A stretch of DNA of 64,000 nt from the NCBI GenBank assembly GCA_041743505.1, contig JBGTMQ010000020.1:81099-145098 (forward strand), given 5' to 3'. The DNA is from Candidatus Saccharimonadia bacterium (lineage in GTDB: Bacteria > Patescibacteriota > Saccharimonadia > UBA4664). A program made the position numbers and the translations under genes. The notes below the pieces were generated by a model. The model was not told where the DNA came from. It did no database searches and was given only the letters and a program-made list of their open reading frames with translations. Positions 16,860 to 25,188 of this stretch are shown here, piece after piece. Position 1 is the first letter of the stretch; every line of letters begins with the position of its first letter.

Positions 16860-19094
16860 TTGATTGTGCATCCCTTACTCTCAGATCTCAATGAACCCCA
16901 ACGCCTAGCCGCCGAAACTACCGACGGCCCGGTCCTCATTCTAGCCGGCGCCGGCTCGGGCAAAACCAAGGCCCTAACCCATCGCATCGCCTACCTGGTG
17001 GCCGAAAAACACGTCCGGCCGCTCAACATCCTGGCTGTCACCTTCACCAACAAAGCCGCCGGCGAAATGCGCGGCCGCGTCCTCTCACTCCTCGGCCTCG
17101 ACTCAACCAACCGCTCCTATTTCCCCTACATCGGCACCTTCCACTCTGTATCTCTGCGCCTACTCCGCCGCGAAGCCACCGGCATCGGCCTACCCTCTAA
17201 CTTCCTCATCTTTGATGCGGCCGACTCCCAGTCCGCGATCAAACGCGCTATGCGCCAAGCCAATATCGATGAAAAACAATTTACCCCCAACCTCATCCAT
17301 AACCTTATCTCCAGTGCCAAGAACGAACTGGTCGACGCCGCTCAATATGCCAAATTAGCCCAAGGTAAAGCCCAGGATGCGGCCGCCAAAGTCTACCCCG
17401 TTTACCAAGCCATTCTCAAGGACGCCGGCGCCCTCGACTTTGACGATCTCATCTTCCAAACCGTCCGCATGTTCCGCAAATACCCGGACATACTGGCCAA
17501 ATACCAGCAACAATTCGCCTACATCATGGTCGACGAGTACCAGGACACCAACCACGCCCAATACCAACTCACCAAACTCCTGGCCTCAGGCCATCGCAAC
17601 CTCTGCGTCGTGGGGGACGACTGGCAGAGTATTTATTCCTGGCGCGGCGCTAACTTCCAAAACATCCTCGATTTTGAGAAAGACTACCCCGAAGCTCAAA
17701 TCGTTAAATTAGAACAAAATTACCGCTCAACCCGCAACATCCTCGATGCCGCTCACGCCATCATCGCCAAAAACCGCGTCCGCTCCGACAAAAAGCTCTG
17801 GACCGAAGCGGCTGAAGGTATGGGCATCGGCACCGTCAATGTCTACAACGAAGTCCAAGAAGGGGAGTGGATTGTCCGCCAAATCCAGGAGCTAGCTGTC
17901 ACCGACAAACGCGAGCTCTACGATTTTGCCGTCCTCTACCGGACCAACGCCCAGTCCCGCTCTCTAGAAGAGGCTTTTTTGCGCTACAACCTGCCGTACA
18001 AAATTGTCGGCGGCACCCGGTTCTACGAGCGCCGCGAAATTAAGGACGCCCTGGCCTACCTGCGCTTCGTCTACCAACCCGACGATGTCGTTAGCTTCGG
18101 CCGCATCATCAACCTACCACCCCGGGGCCTCGGCGACGTCAGCTTGGCCCGGCTCGAACAATGGCAGCGCGCCCAAGGCCTCGGCCTCATGGCCGCCTTC
18201 CGCCGCGCAGGCGATGCTCCCGGCCTCCAAACCCGGGCCGTCAACGCCCTCAAACAATTCGCCCTGCTCATCGACGGCCTCCGCGCCGAAGCCACCAAAC
18301 TCCCAGCCGGCCCGCTCCTCGATCTCATCCTCAAACGCTCCGGCTACCTCCAATACCTTGATGACGGCTCCGTCACGGCCGCCGACCGCATCGAAAACGT
18401 CAAGGAGCTCCTCAGCGTGGCCGAAACCTACAACGAGCTCACCCTTGAAGGTTTTCTCGAAGAAATCGCCCTCATCTCCGACATCGACAACTACTCGCAA
18501 GAATCCAACGCCGTCACTCTCATGACCCTCCACGCCGCCAAAGGCCTGGAGTTCCCGGTGGTCTTCATCCCCGGCATGGAAGAAGGTATTTTCCCGCACT
18601 CCCGCTCCCTGTTCGACGGTGACCAAATGGAAGAAGAGCGCCGCCTCTGCTACGTCGGCATGACCCGGGCCAAAGAGCGCCTGTTCCTCATTTATGCCAA
18701 CTCACGCCTGCTCTACGGTGGCACTAACCACAACCCACCCTCGCGCTTCATCACCGAAATTCCGCCCGGCCTGCAATCCGAAGGCAGCGAGTGGGGTACG
18801 GCCGCCCGGGCCGGCCGCTACGGCGGGGGAGCAGCGCCCCATGGCGCCGGCGCCGGCAGCTGGAATGTACCCACTATGCCCGCCGCCGACCTGGCTGCCA
18901 CCGCCCGCGAAGCCGACCGCCATCGCGAAACCATGCTTGGCCTTGACCTCAAACCCGGCGACCGCATCGAGCACACCAAGTTCGGTGAAGGCATCGTCTC
19001 CGACATTAACGGCGACGAAGTCACGGCCGCTTTCACCGGCGTTGGCGCCAAACGCCTATCTCTCTCCTTCGCCCCCATCCGCAAACTTGATTAG
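16860..19094 (+). CDS. uvrD: ATP-dependent DNA helicase UvrD/PcrA family
   Basis: Walker A AGAGSGKT plus helicase motifs I-VI across the full length; 744 aa. Non-ATG start (TTG 16860 or GTG 16866). Confidence 0.9.
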   Translation: MIVHPLLSDLNEPQRLAAETTDGPVLILAGAGSGKTKALTHRIAYLVAEKHVRPLNILAVTFTNKAAGEMRGRVLSLLGLDSTNRSYFPYIGTFHSVSLRLLRREATGIGLPSNFLIFDAADSQSAIKRAMRQANIDEKQFTPNLIHNLISSAKNELVDAAQYAKLAQGKAQDAAAKVYPVYQAILKDAGALDFDDLIFQTVRMFRKYPDILAKYQQQFAYIMVDEYQDTNHAQYQLTKLLASGHRNLCVVGDDWQSIYSWRGANFQNILDFEKDYPEAQIVKLEQNYRSTRNILDAAHAIIAKNRVRSDKKLWTEAAEGMGIGTVNVYNEVQEGEWIVRQIQELAVTDKRELYDFAVLYRTNAQSRSLEEAFLRYNLPYKIVGGTRFYERREIKDALAYLRFVYQPDDVVSFGRIINLPPRGLGDVSLARLEQWQRAQGLGLMAAFRRAGDAPGLQTRAVNALKQFALLIDGLRAEATKLPAGPLLDLILKRSGYLQYLDDGSVTAADRIENVKELLSVAETYNELTLEGFLEEIALISDIDNYSQESNAVTLMTLHAAKGLEFPVVFIPGMEEGIFPHSRSLFDGDQMEEERRLCYVGMTRAKERLFLIYANSRLLYGGTNHNPPSRFITEIPPGLQSEGSEWGTAARAGRYGGGAAPHGAGAGSWNVPTMPAADLAATAREADRHRETMLGLDLKPGDRIEHTKFGEGIVSDINGDEVTAAFTGVGAKRLSLSFAPIRKLD
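19073..19092 (+). repeat. 20-bp exact direct repeat CCCCATCCGCAAACTTGATT (copy 1, in-frame 3' end of uvrD)
   Basis: Identical 20-mer at 22775-22794, where it forms the 3' end of the C39-like peptidase gene. Both genes end with the peptide PIRKLD. Confidence 0.8.
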
Positions 19095-19114
19095 ACCACT
19101 TAACTGGAATTCAC

Positions 19115-19669
19115 ATGCCTAACATTGAACTCGAATATCGCGCCCTCGTCAACGAGGCAGAATATCACAAGCTCATAGCCTTCCTCGATGGCAACGCCAC
19201 AGATCTCGGCGAGGATGACAAAAATGTTTTCTTCTTTATTCTTCCCGGCAAGCTCTTAAAAGTCGTTGATAACCAGTCGACCAACTCGGCCAAAATTGTC
19301 CTGAAGCTCAATCGCATTGGCCAAGGCAGTGACTTCGAAGAAATTGAAATACCCATTGACCCGGATCAAGTCGAAAAATCCGTCCACATGTTTAAATCAC
19401 TTGGCTTTACCGAAGTACAGCAATCATTCCAAAAACGTCACAATTATAAATTTAAAGGTGTGGAGCTAGCGGTAAAATACAGCGAAAATTGGCAATATCA
19501 TGTCGAGTTGGAGATTCTTCTCTCCGACCGCGAGCAGCAGGCTGAGGCCGAAAAGCGAATTCATGCCGTGGCCGCAGAACTGGGGTTAAAGATTATGACG
19601 GACGATGAACTCAAAGAACTTACTGCCAAAATCGACGCGGAGCACCGTTCTAAGACTGATCACATTTAA
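19115..19669 (+). CDS. CYTH-domain protein (CyaB / thiamine-triphosphatase-like)
   Basis: N-terminal IELEYRAL pattern and overall acidic beta-barrel-like profile resemble CYTH. Moderate confidence from sequence alone. Confidence 0.5.
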   Translation: MPNIELEYRALVNEAEYHKLIAFLDGNATDLGEDDKNVFFFILPGKLLKVVDNQSTNSAKIVLKLNRIGQGSDFEEIEIPIDPDQVEKSVHMFKSLGFTEVQQSFQKRHNYKFKGVELAVKYSENWQYHVELEILLSDREQQAEAEKRIHAVAAELGLKIMTDDELKELTAKIDAEHRSKTDHI

Positions 19670-19676
19670 GCTTATG

Positions 19677-19691
19677 TTTGCAATTTGCAAA
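19677..19691. promoter_or_regulatory. 15-bp palindrome TTTGCAA-t-TTGCAAA
   Basis: Perfect 7-bp arms, located just after the CYTH gene stop and about 130 bp upstream of the next CDS. Confidence 0.3.
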
Positions 19692-19820
19692 TAGCTGCTT
19701 ATACTGTGGAATAGCTGAAAGCCCCTCTTTCGTTCAGCATACCTATTCGGGCACCATTGACATCCAACTCGGGCTACACAGACCTCAATCCCAAAACCTA
19801 CGGAAGATTGGAATTGACCA

Positions 19821-20393
19821 ATGTCTGTTTTGGCTTTCCCGCAAGTGCAAGCTTCACCCATGTTTGACAACCTGAACCTGCTTGGTCGCCGTGCAGTCAA
19901 GCTCGTGCTGACAGTTGCGACTGTCTTCGCAATGGTACTCGGTCTTAGTCTCACCAGTAGTGCCGGTACCGCTAACGCTGCGACCGGCGATAGTGCTCCG
20001 GTCCATTTTGGACTTGGTCGGGCCTACTGGGGTGAAAATGGCATGGAGATCAGGCTTACTCGTGAGGGTACAGAATTGGCCTACCTAGCCTCTACCGTTG
20101 GCGGAGGAGCAGGAATTAAAGGTACACAGCTTGGTGCCGAGGCCTTGGCAAAGTTTGGTCCGATTATGAGCCATATCATACGATCTGGCGGCATTGATCC
20201 GACCAAAGACGGGGTTAAGGTCGTGGGTGCTGTCGCTGGTGCCACCGGCTTGTGGGCAGCCGAAAAGGTGATGATTCCTGACGGTATGTGCCTCGGAATT
20301 ACTTGGGCCCCTGAGATAGTGGCACCTAGCTCGTACATCTCCTACCCCTCTAACCCGCATCAATCAGCTTCCTGGCTGGAGTCTTGCTCGTAG
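19821..20393 (+). CDS. secreted hypothetical protein
   Basis: Signal-peptide-like segment ending ANA. The real start may be ATG 19860. Confidence 0.45.
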   Translation: MSVLAFPQVQASPMFDNLNLLGRRAVKLVLTVATVFAMVLGLSLTSSAGTANAATGDSAPVHFGLGRAYWGENGMEIRLTREGTELAYLASTVGGGAGIKGTQLGAEALAKFGPIMSHIIRSGGIDPTKDGVKVVGAVAGATGLWAAEKVMIPDGMCLGITWAPEIVAPSSYISYPSNPHQSASWLESCS

Positions 20394-20467
20394 CATGACC
20401 GGTCACCGGCCTGGGGTATGTCTCGTCGAGACGCACCCCAGGCCCACAAAACTGTTATTATTCACGT

Positions 20468-20866
20468 ATGAAACCATCAGTATCAAATTTTAAGATTCAG
20501 CTTGCTTGGCACCACTTCCTTTACTGGCTCTTTTGGATAACACTGGGAGCAGCAGCTACCGGCGATGCAATTTTGGGAGGCGGCTCTTTTGCGGTTGTGG
20601 CCTATCTTTTCAGAGATTGGCGTAACGCCCCGTACAAAGATCCGGTCGCTGATGATGCCGGACCAGGCAAGCGATTGATGACAGTAGTGTATTATCTTTT
20701 GGGCTGCGTGGCTATTCGCCTTGCTCTATTTCTCCTACAAGACAAGCCACTGTCTACAGATATATGGTGGTTCGCGGTGTTTGCTGCGGCGGCTACCACG
20801 TTATACTTCACCAAGCCCCTACCTAGACCGGAGGTGCAGCAGCAAAAAGATAGCAAAGCAACTTAA
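20468..20866 (+). CDS. small membrane protein, paralog 1 of a tandem pair
   Basis: 4 TM helices. Shares QLAW..FL.WL, W(R)D.PY and C-terminal FTKPLPRP with the next CDS. Confidence 0.5.
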   Translation: MKPSVSNFKIQLAWHHFLYWLFWITLGAAATGDAILGGGSFAVVAYLFRDWRNAPYKDPVADDAGPGKRLMTVVYYLLGCVAIRLALFLLQDKPLSTDIWWFAVFAAAATTLYFTKPLPRPEVQQQKDSKAT

Positions 20867-20877
20867 GGGTACGGGCA

Positions 20878-21264
20878 ATGAGAATACTCAGGCAACTTTT
20901 ATGGCTTCAACTTGCATGGAGGTATTTCCTTGCCTGGCTCTTGCCGGCAACTTTTTGGACTGCGCTTACTGATAGTGTAATCGTGGGAGCTGGTCTAGGA
21001 ATAGTCTTTTTCTTCATTGGTAGCTGGCGCGATACGCCATACGAAGGCATCCTCGGCAAAAGCTCCAGAAGTAGCAGTAGCCAATGGAGGATTGCAATAT
21101 TCTTCATCTCAGCATGGCTCATCATTTATTTAATTCATGCTCTTATCGATCCTAAGGACTCTCATGTCAGCGTAATTTGGTTTGTCATATTTGTTATCAC
21201 CACAATCGTTGCTAGCTTTACGAAACCTCTACCGAGGCCAGCCGGGGCCAAACCCCAAGCATAG
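20878..21264 (+). CDS. small membrane protein, paralog 2 of a tandem pair
   Basis: Same motifs as CDS 20468-20866. Confidence 0.5.
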   Translation: MRILRQLLWLQLAWRYFLAWLLPATFWTALTDSVIVGAGLGIVFFFIGSWRDTPYEGILGKSSRSSSSQWRIAIFFISAWLIIYLIHALIDPKDSHVSVIWFVIFVITTIVASFTKPLPRPAGAKPQA

Positions 21265-21317
21265 CCTGTGTAAGTCAAGGTGTGGTGAGCGAGTCCAGCC
21301 TTCCAACAACTGTCACT

Positions 21318-21797
21318 ATGAACAATACCGTCTCAGTAAAAAAACTAGCAAATGGACTTACCATTGTAAGCCCCAAAACTCATCCCCACGTTGAGTCAAT
21401 CTACCTTGAACTGGTTGTCAGGGTTGGCGCACGAAATGATTCAGATGAGTTTTTTGGCTTGGCCCATTTCGTTGAGCATGTGGTAGCGGAAATCGCCGAA
21501 GCTAGCATTCGGCGTCATGAATGGATCAATGACTATATGCTGGACACCTTTGATGCCGTGATCGATCAGGAGAAGACAACCTATTATGTCGGGGTAGCAA
21601 AAAATGATTCAGAGCGAGCCCTCCAGCTGGTCCTATCGGTTCTGCAATCTCCCGTTGTCACGCCAGAAATTATAGAGCGGAACAAAGAAATCGTAATAGA
21701 AGAATTACTCGAAGACCTTGACAGTGATACAACTCAAGCCACCCGGTACTTCGCATCTCAATATCACAAGGACAATACCCTGGGGAGCTACTATTAA
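21318..21797 (+). CDS. M16 (pitrilysin/insulinase) peptidase N-terminal domain only; truncated, possible pseudogene
   Basis: HFVEH (HxxEH zinc motif) and the KKLANGLTIV start are typical of M16. The ORF stops after about 159 aa, whereas M16 enzymes are about 420 aa. No continuation in other frames. Confidence 0.5.
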   Translation: MNNTVSVKKLANGLTIVSPKTHPHVESIYLELVVRVGARNDSDEFFGLAHFVEHVVAEIAEASIRRHEWINDYMLDTFDAVIDQEKTTYYVGVAKNDSERALQLVLSVLQSPVVTPEIIERNKEIVIEELLEDLDSDTTQATRYFASQYHKDNTLGSYY

Positions 21798-21862
21798 GAA
21801 TGCTGCTTCAAGACCCACCGTCCACTCCGCGCAGGCGTATGGCAGCCATCTTCGATGTAACC

Positions 21863-21902
21863 GCCCCATTGGCAACTCCATCGCCAGTGGGGCTTTGTCA
21901 TG
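21863..21902 (+). repeat. 40-bp hairpin element, copy 1 (CCCCATTGGC-n9-GCCAGTGGGG + CTTTGTCATG)
   Basis: 37/40 identical to 24222-24261. The stem has a T.G pair that is a wobble only on the + strand RNA. Confidence 0.7.
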
Positions 21903-21970
21903 ACCCGACTCATCCGTAAACTTGCTTGGTTTAAGTGCCTCTCTAAGCGGACTTCCCTCCAGTCAAATAC

Positions 21971-22016
21971 CCCACTATGTAGTTAAACTACGTACTAAGT
22001 TTGACTACATAGTGGG
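21971..22016. promoter_or_regulatory. perfect 13-bp inverted repeat CCCACTATGTAGT-n20-ACTACATAGTGGG
   Basis: Ends 9 nt before the ATG of the C39-like peptidase. Could be an operator or a 5'-UTR hairpin. Confidence 0.45.
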
Positions 22017-22025
22017 CCAACACAT

Positions 22026-22796
22026 ATGACTTCTCGGTCTGATACACTAAAGTTCATGCAGCCAATCGAATACCAAATCAAGCCCATCAAGCAAAACGCC
22101 AGTGAATGTATGCAAACCGCTGCCACGCAGGTCATTTCCCACTATGACCCATCCATAACCGTCCAAAGAGTTATCGAAGAAGTACCAGTTTATGTTGAAA
22201 ATGGCAACAAAATTGGCACCTCTCAAGGGCATATGGCCGCCTACTTTGCGCGGGCGGGTTACAAAACAACCATGTATATTTTTGATGTCGAGTTGTTTGA
22301 CCGGAGCTGGGTAGACCTAAATCCTCATGAAGTTCTAGCCGGCTTACGGGAGCGTCAGAAGTATATTCCAGCTAATTCATGGCTAGCCAAATACCATCAT
22401 ATCCTCGTCGATGGTTTTGAATTATATGTAAAAGAAGGTGGCAATTTCGCCTTCCCGCAGCTAAGCGCGAAATTATTACGAGATTTACTCGACAGCGGCC
22501 CGTACCTCATCCTATTGAGCTCAACCTACCTTAACCAGGCAGCAAAACAACGCTACAATCAAGAGTCCGACACGTTTGTAGCTGACCCCATTCAGGGACG
22601 TTCGCTTACCCATGCCGTAACCTGTGCGGGCTACAAGGACGGCCAGTTTCTTATCGTCGATCCAGACCCACCTCGAGACACTAGTCCACACCGGTGGATA
22701 GCACAAGAACACCTCATCGCCTCAATTATGGTTGCCCAAACAGAATCAGATAATTACTTGATCAAAATAGACAACCCCATCCGCAAACTTGATTGA
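22026..22796 (+). CDS. C39-like / papain-fold cysteine peptidase domain protein
   Basis: QNASECMQTAATQVISHY (Cys box) and THAVTCAGYKDGQFLIVDP (His box) match the Peptidase_C39_2-like pattern. Ends with the repeated PIRKLD tail. Confidence 0.55.
   Translation: MTSRSDTLKFMQPIEYQIKPIKQNASECMQTAATQVISHYDPSITVQRVIEEVPVYVENGNKIGTSQGHMAAYFARAGYKTTMYIFDVELFDRSWVDLNPHEVLAGLRERQKYIPANSWLAKYHHILVDGFELYVKEGGNFAFPQLSAKLLRDLLDSGPYLILLSSTYLNQAAKQRYNQESDTFVADPIQGRSLTHAVTCAGYKDGQFLIVDPDPPRDTSPHRWIAQEHLIASIMVAQTESDNYLIKIDNPIRKLD
22775..22794 (+). repeat. 20-bp exact direct repeat CCCCATCCGCAAACTTGATT (copy 2)
   Basis: See copy 1 at 19073-19092. Confidence 0.8.
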
Positions 22797-22859
22797 CGGC
22801 TCGAACCATCGTATAGTACGTAATCCCAGGACAACGATCTCGTATCGGAGGCTCTTGCC

Positions 22860-23378
22860 ATGCGTCATTTCGTCTCTGGCAGCACCTATCGTGAGCTAAT
22901 GCGGCGACTCGGCCGGCTTCAGTCCGAACTTGCCAATCCCGACGGCAGCCGCATCGATCCCGTATTACTCATCCAGACTTTGGACGTCTTGTTATCGGGC
23001 AAAGTATTCGAGCTAACAATTACTCCTAAGCCGGTAGAGGATGAATTTCTTTACCTGAGCTTACCCCCGGAAGTCTTAACGACCGACATTCAGATGCTGG
23101 GGCTCAAAACCACTACTTACAATATCCTGAAGCGTCACGGCATTGATACTATTGAGGATTTGCTTGAGCGGTCGGCGGCCGATTTACTAGATATAGCCTA
23201 TTTCGGCCCCAGGCTGCTGGAGGAGCTAAACCGCGCGCTTGCTGTACATGGCTGGCATCTATCCCGTCACGACGATCCTGATCTGGCGCCGCCGTCAGGC
23301 GACGAGTGGATAACATTTAACCGCTATAGCGGCGCACCGCGACGCGTTCTCAAGAGTCGTCTGCACAGCCGGAAGTAA
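22860..23378 (+). CDS. RpoA alpha-CTD-like (HhH) domain protein, paralog 1
   Basis: LYLSLPPEVLTTDIQMLGLKTTTYNILKRHGIDTIEDLLERSAADLLDIAYFGPRLLEELNRAL aligns with the RNA polymerase alpha C-terminal domain pattern L.LS.R..N.L....I.T..DL......EL......G..S..E. Followed by GWHLSRH...APPSGDEW. CGGAGG SD upstream. Confidence 0.6.
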   Translation: MRHFVSGSTYRELMRRLGRLQSELANPDGSRIDPVLLIQTLDVLLSGKVFELTITPKPVEDEFLYLSLPPEVLTTDIQMLGLKTTTYNILKRHGIDTIEDLLERSAADLLDIAYFGPRLLEELNRALAVHGWHLSRHDDPDLAPPSGDEWITFNRYSGAPRRVLKSRLHSRK

Positions 23379-23398
23379 TTCACCGAGAGGACACGCCA

Positions 23399-24181
23399 GT
23401 GGCCCGCTATGCTACCGCTACACCCAACCAGCGGCTTGAAGCGAGGCGTCTATGGATCGAAATCTATGCCGAGCTAACTAACCCTCAGGGCAGCTCACTC
23501 GATCCTCAGATGGTTCTCGAGGCGCTACAGTCGATTCAGTCACTGATTCGTTCAAGCGATAACCATGAGTCAGCCAAGTATCTTGACAAGGCCGCAGCTG
23601 AGGTCGGGCCGCTCGAAAATCCTGACGATTTTCTTTACTTAACCCTGCCCCGCGAGGTTCTCGATCAACCAGTCAACACGCTTAAGCTAACGGAGCGGCC
23701 ACTCAATTGCTTGCACCGGGAGAATATTAGTACCGTCGATGACCTTCTGCAGCGTTCTGGGCCCGAGCTGTTAGAGATACGAAACTTTGGAGCAGTATCT
23801 TTAAGAGAAGTAACAACCCGGCTTGATGAACGGGGTTGGCACTTGTCCACCCATGGCCAGGGATTAGCTCCTCCGCCGGGTGACCAGTGGGTTAAGTACC
23901 AAGACTGGCTCTTTCTCCGCAGCCGTTTCATCCGGCTACCCGTTGATAAGATCCTCCGCTGGAATTCGCAGATCATCGCCTCGCTCAAGGAGCTTGGAAT
24001 TGTAACAGTCGGTCAGTTGGTCTCGTTGACGGACGTCGAAGTGCTACGGCTGCCCTGGGACGAAAAGCCGGCCACCTACGTCTGGAAGTTCGAGAAAATA
24101 ACCGGCTTCGATGCGCTCGAGATAATTAATGCGTCACTTCAAGACTGCGGCCTGTCCCTGACCCAAGAAACAGATCGGTAA
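23399..24181 (+). CDS. RpoA alpha-CTD-like domain protein, paralog 2 (two tandem HhH repeats)
   Basis: Same alpha-CTD-like motif and GWHLSTH...APPPGDQW as paralog 1, plus a second degenerate repeat. N-terminus is also paralogous to 22860. GTG start with GAGAGG SD. Confidence 0.6.
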   Translation: MARYATATPNQRLEARRLWIEIYAELTNPQGSSLDPQMVLEALQSIQSLIRSSDNHESAKYLDKAAAEVGPLENPDDFLYLTLPREVLDQPVNTLKLTERPLNCLHRENISTVDDLLQRSGPELLEIRNFGAVSLREVTTRLDERGWHLSTHGQGLAPPPGDQWVKYQDWLFLRSRFIRLPVDKILRWNSQIIASLKELGIVTVGQLVSLTDVEVLRLPWDEKPATYVWKFEKITGFDALEIINASLQDCGLSLTQETDR

Positions 24182-24186
24182 GTCTA

Positions 24187-24221
24187 AGGTCCGGGATTCT
24201 TTCCCGGACCTTATTTTTTTT
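24187..24221 (+). terminator. rho-independent terminator (aggtccggg-attcttt-cccggacct + T8)
   Basis: Perfect 9-bp stem and long T-tract, immediately after CDS 23399-24181. Confidence 0.8.
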
Positions 24222-24261
24222 GCCCCATTGGCAACCCCACCGCCAGTGGGGCTCTGTCATG
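24222..24261 (+). repeat. 40-bp hairpin element, copy 2
   Basis: See 21863-21902. Directly follows the terminator and lies 45 nt upstream of CDS 24306. Confidence 0.7.
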
Positions 24262-24305
24262 CCAAACTCAAATTAAGGCTCTGAGCATCTGTTATCATTA
24301 GCACA

Positions 24306-25157
24306 ATGACTAGAGAACAATCCCCTCAAGATCCCGGTGCCGAACAGGGTATGTTCGCCGACACCCGTAAAGCCACCGAGGAGCTTAGGCAGCTAGCAGA
24401 ACAAGGCATTGAAGCCAGGCGGCAGATAGGCCGCCTTACCGAGCAGGATGAGGTCGAAATCGCCACCCACACCAGGCAAGCCAGACAAGAGCTAACCGGG
24501 GAAAGTGAGCGCGACATAACATTAAAGTCTGCAACCGAGATTGCGGATAAGCTCAAAGAAAAAGATAGTGAGCTATCAGATAGCATTTATGAAGCCCTGG
24601 CCGAGACGTACGGTACGGCAGGCGATGTAGACCGCGGGCTTGCCACCATCGATCAGATCGAGGACCATGTTTCGCGCATCGAGGGCCTAATCCGCCTGGC
24701 CAAAGTCACCCGGTCGGACCGCGTCCACGATGAAATCAAGCACTCTGCGATGAACGAAGAGGGTAAAGCCGTTAACATTGATGTCGCGAAGAAGGTCTAT
24801 CTGAAGCTCCGGGTTGAAGAAAATCTCGCCGAAAGAGCTGACTCATTTGCAATGTTAGTTGGCGACGCCGCCGAGAAAGACCCCAACTACGCCGACGTCG
24901 CAAATGCCCGGGAAGTGGTAGAGCGAGAGACCAGGGTGCCACCTAAGGCACCCAGTACCAGTCTCGAAACGCAGGCTAGAATACGCGCCCAGGCTGCCCA
25001 CCGTACTACCGGCCTTGCAGCCCTCGACGAGTATCGCGCCCAGGCTGCCCGCCTCGGACCCGGCCGTGCCCAGGACTTGATGTTTACGGTCTATACGCTA
25101 GCCACCTTAGAGCTCGCCAGGAAGCAGCATCCCGAGACAGACAAGGCCGCAGCTTAA
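24306..25157 (+). CDS. hypothetical helical protein, tandem paralog A
   Basis: 283 aa. Shares TEEL.Q, HxRQAR.EL..ESE, YGT.GD, QI..HV.R.EGL.RL and a terminal AAA with the next CDS. The upstream tatcattag motif is also duplicated. Confidence 0.5.
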   Translation: MTREQSPQDPGAEQGMFADTRKATEELRQLAEQGIEARRQIGRLTEQDEVEIATHTRQARQELTGESERDITLKSATEIADKLKEKDSELSDSIYEALAETYGTAGDVDRGLATIDQIEDHVSRIEGLIRLAKVTRSDRVHDEIKHSAMNEEGKAVNIDVAKKVYLKLRVEENLAERADSFAMLVGDAAEKDPNYADVANAREVVERETRVPPKAPSTSLETQARIRAQAAHRTTGLAALDEYRAQAARLGPGRAQDLMFTVYTLATLELARKQHPETDKAAA

Positions 25158-25188
25158 TACCCTGTTCCAGTCTGCTATCATTAGTGGT

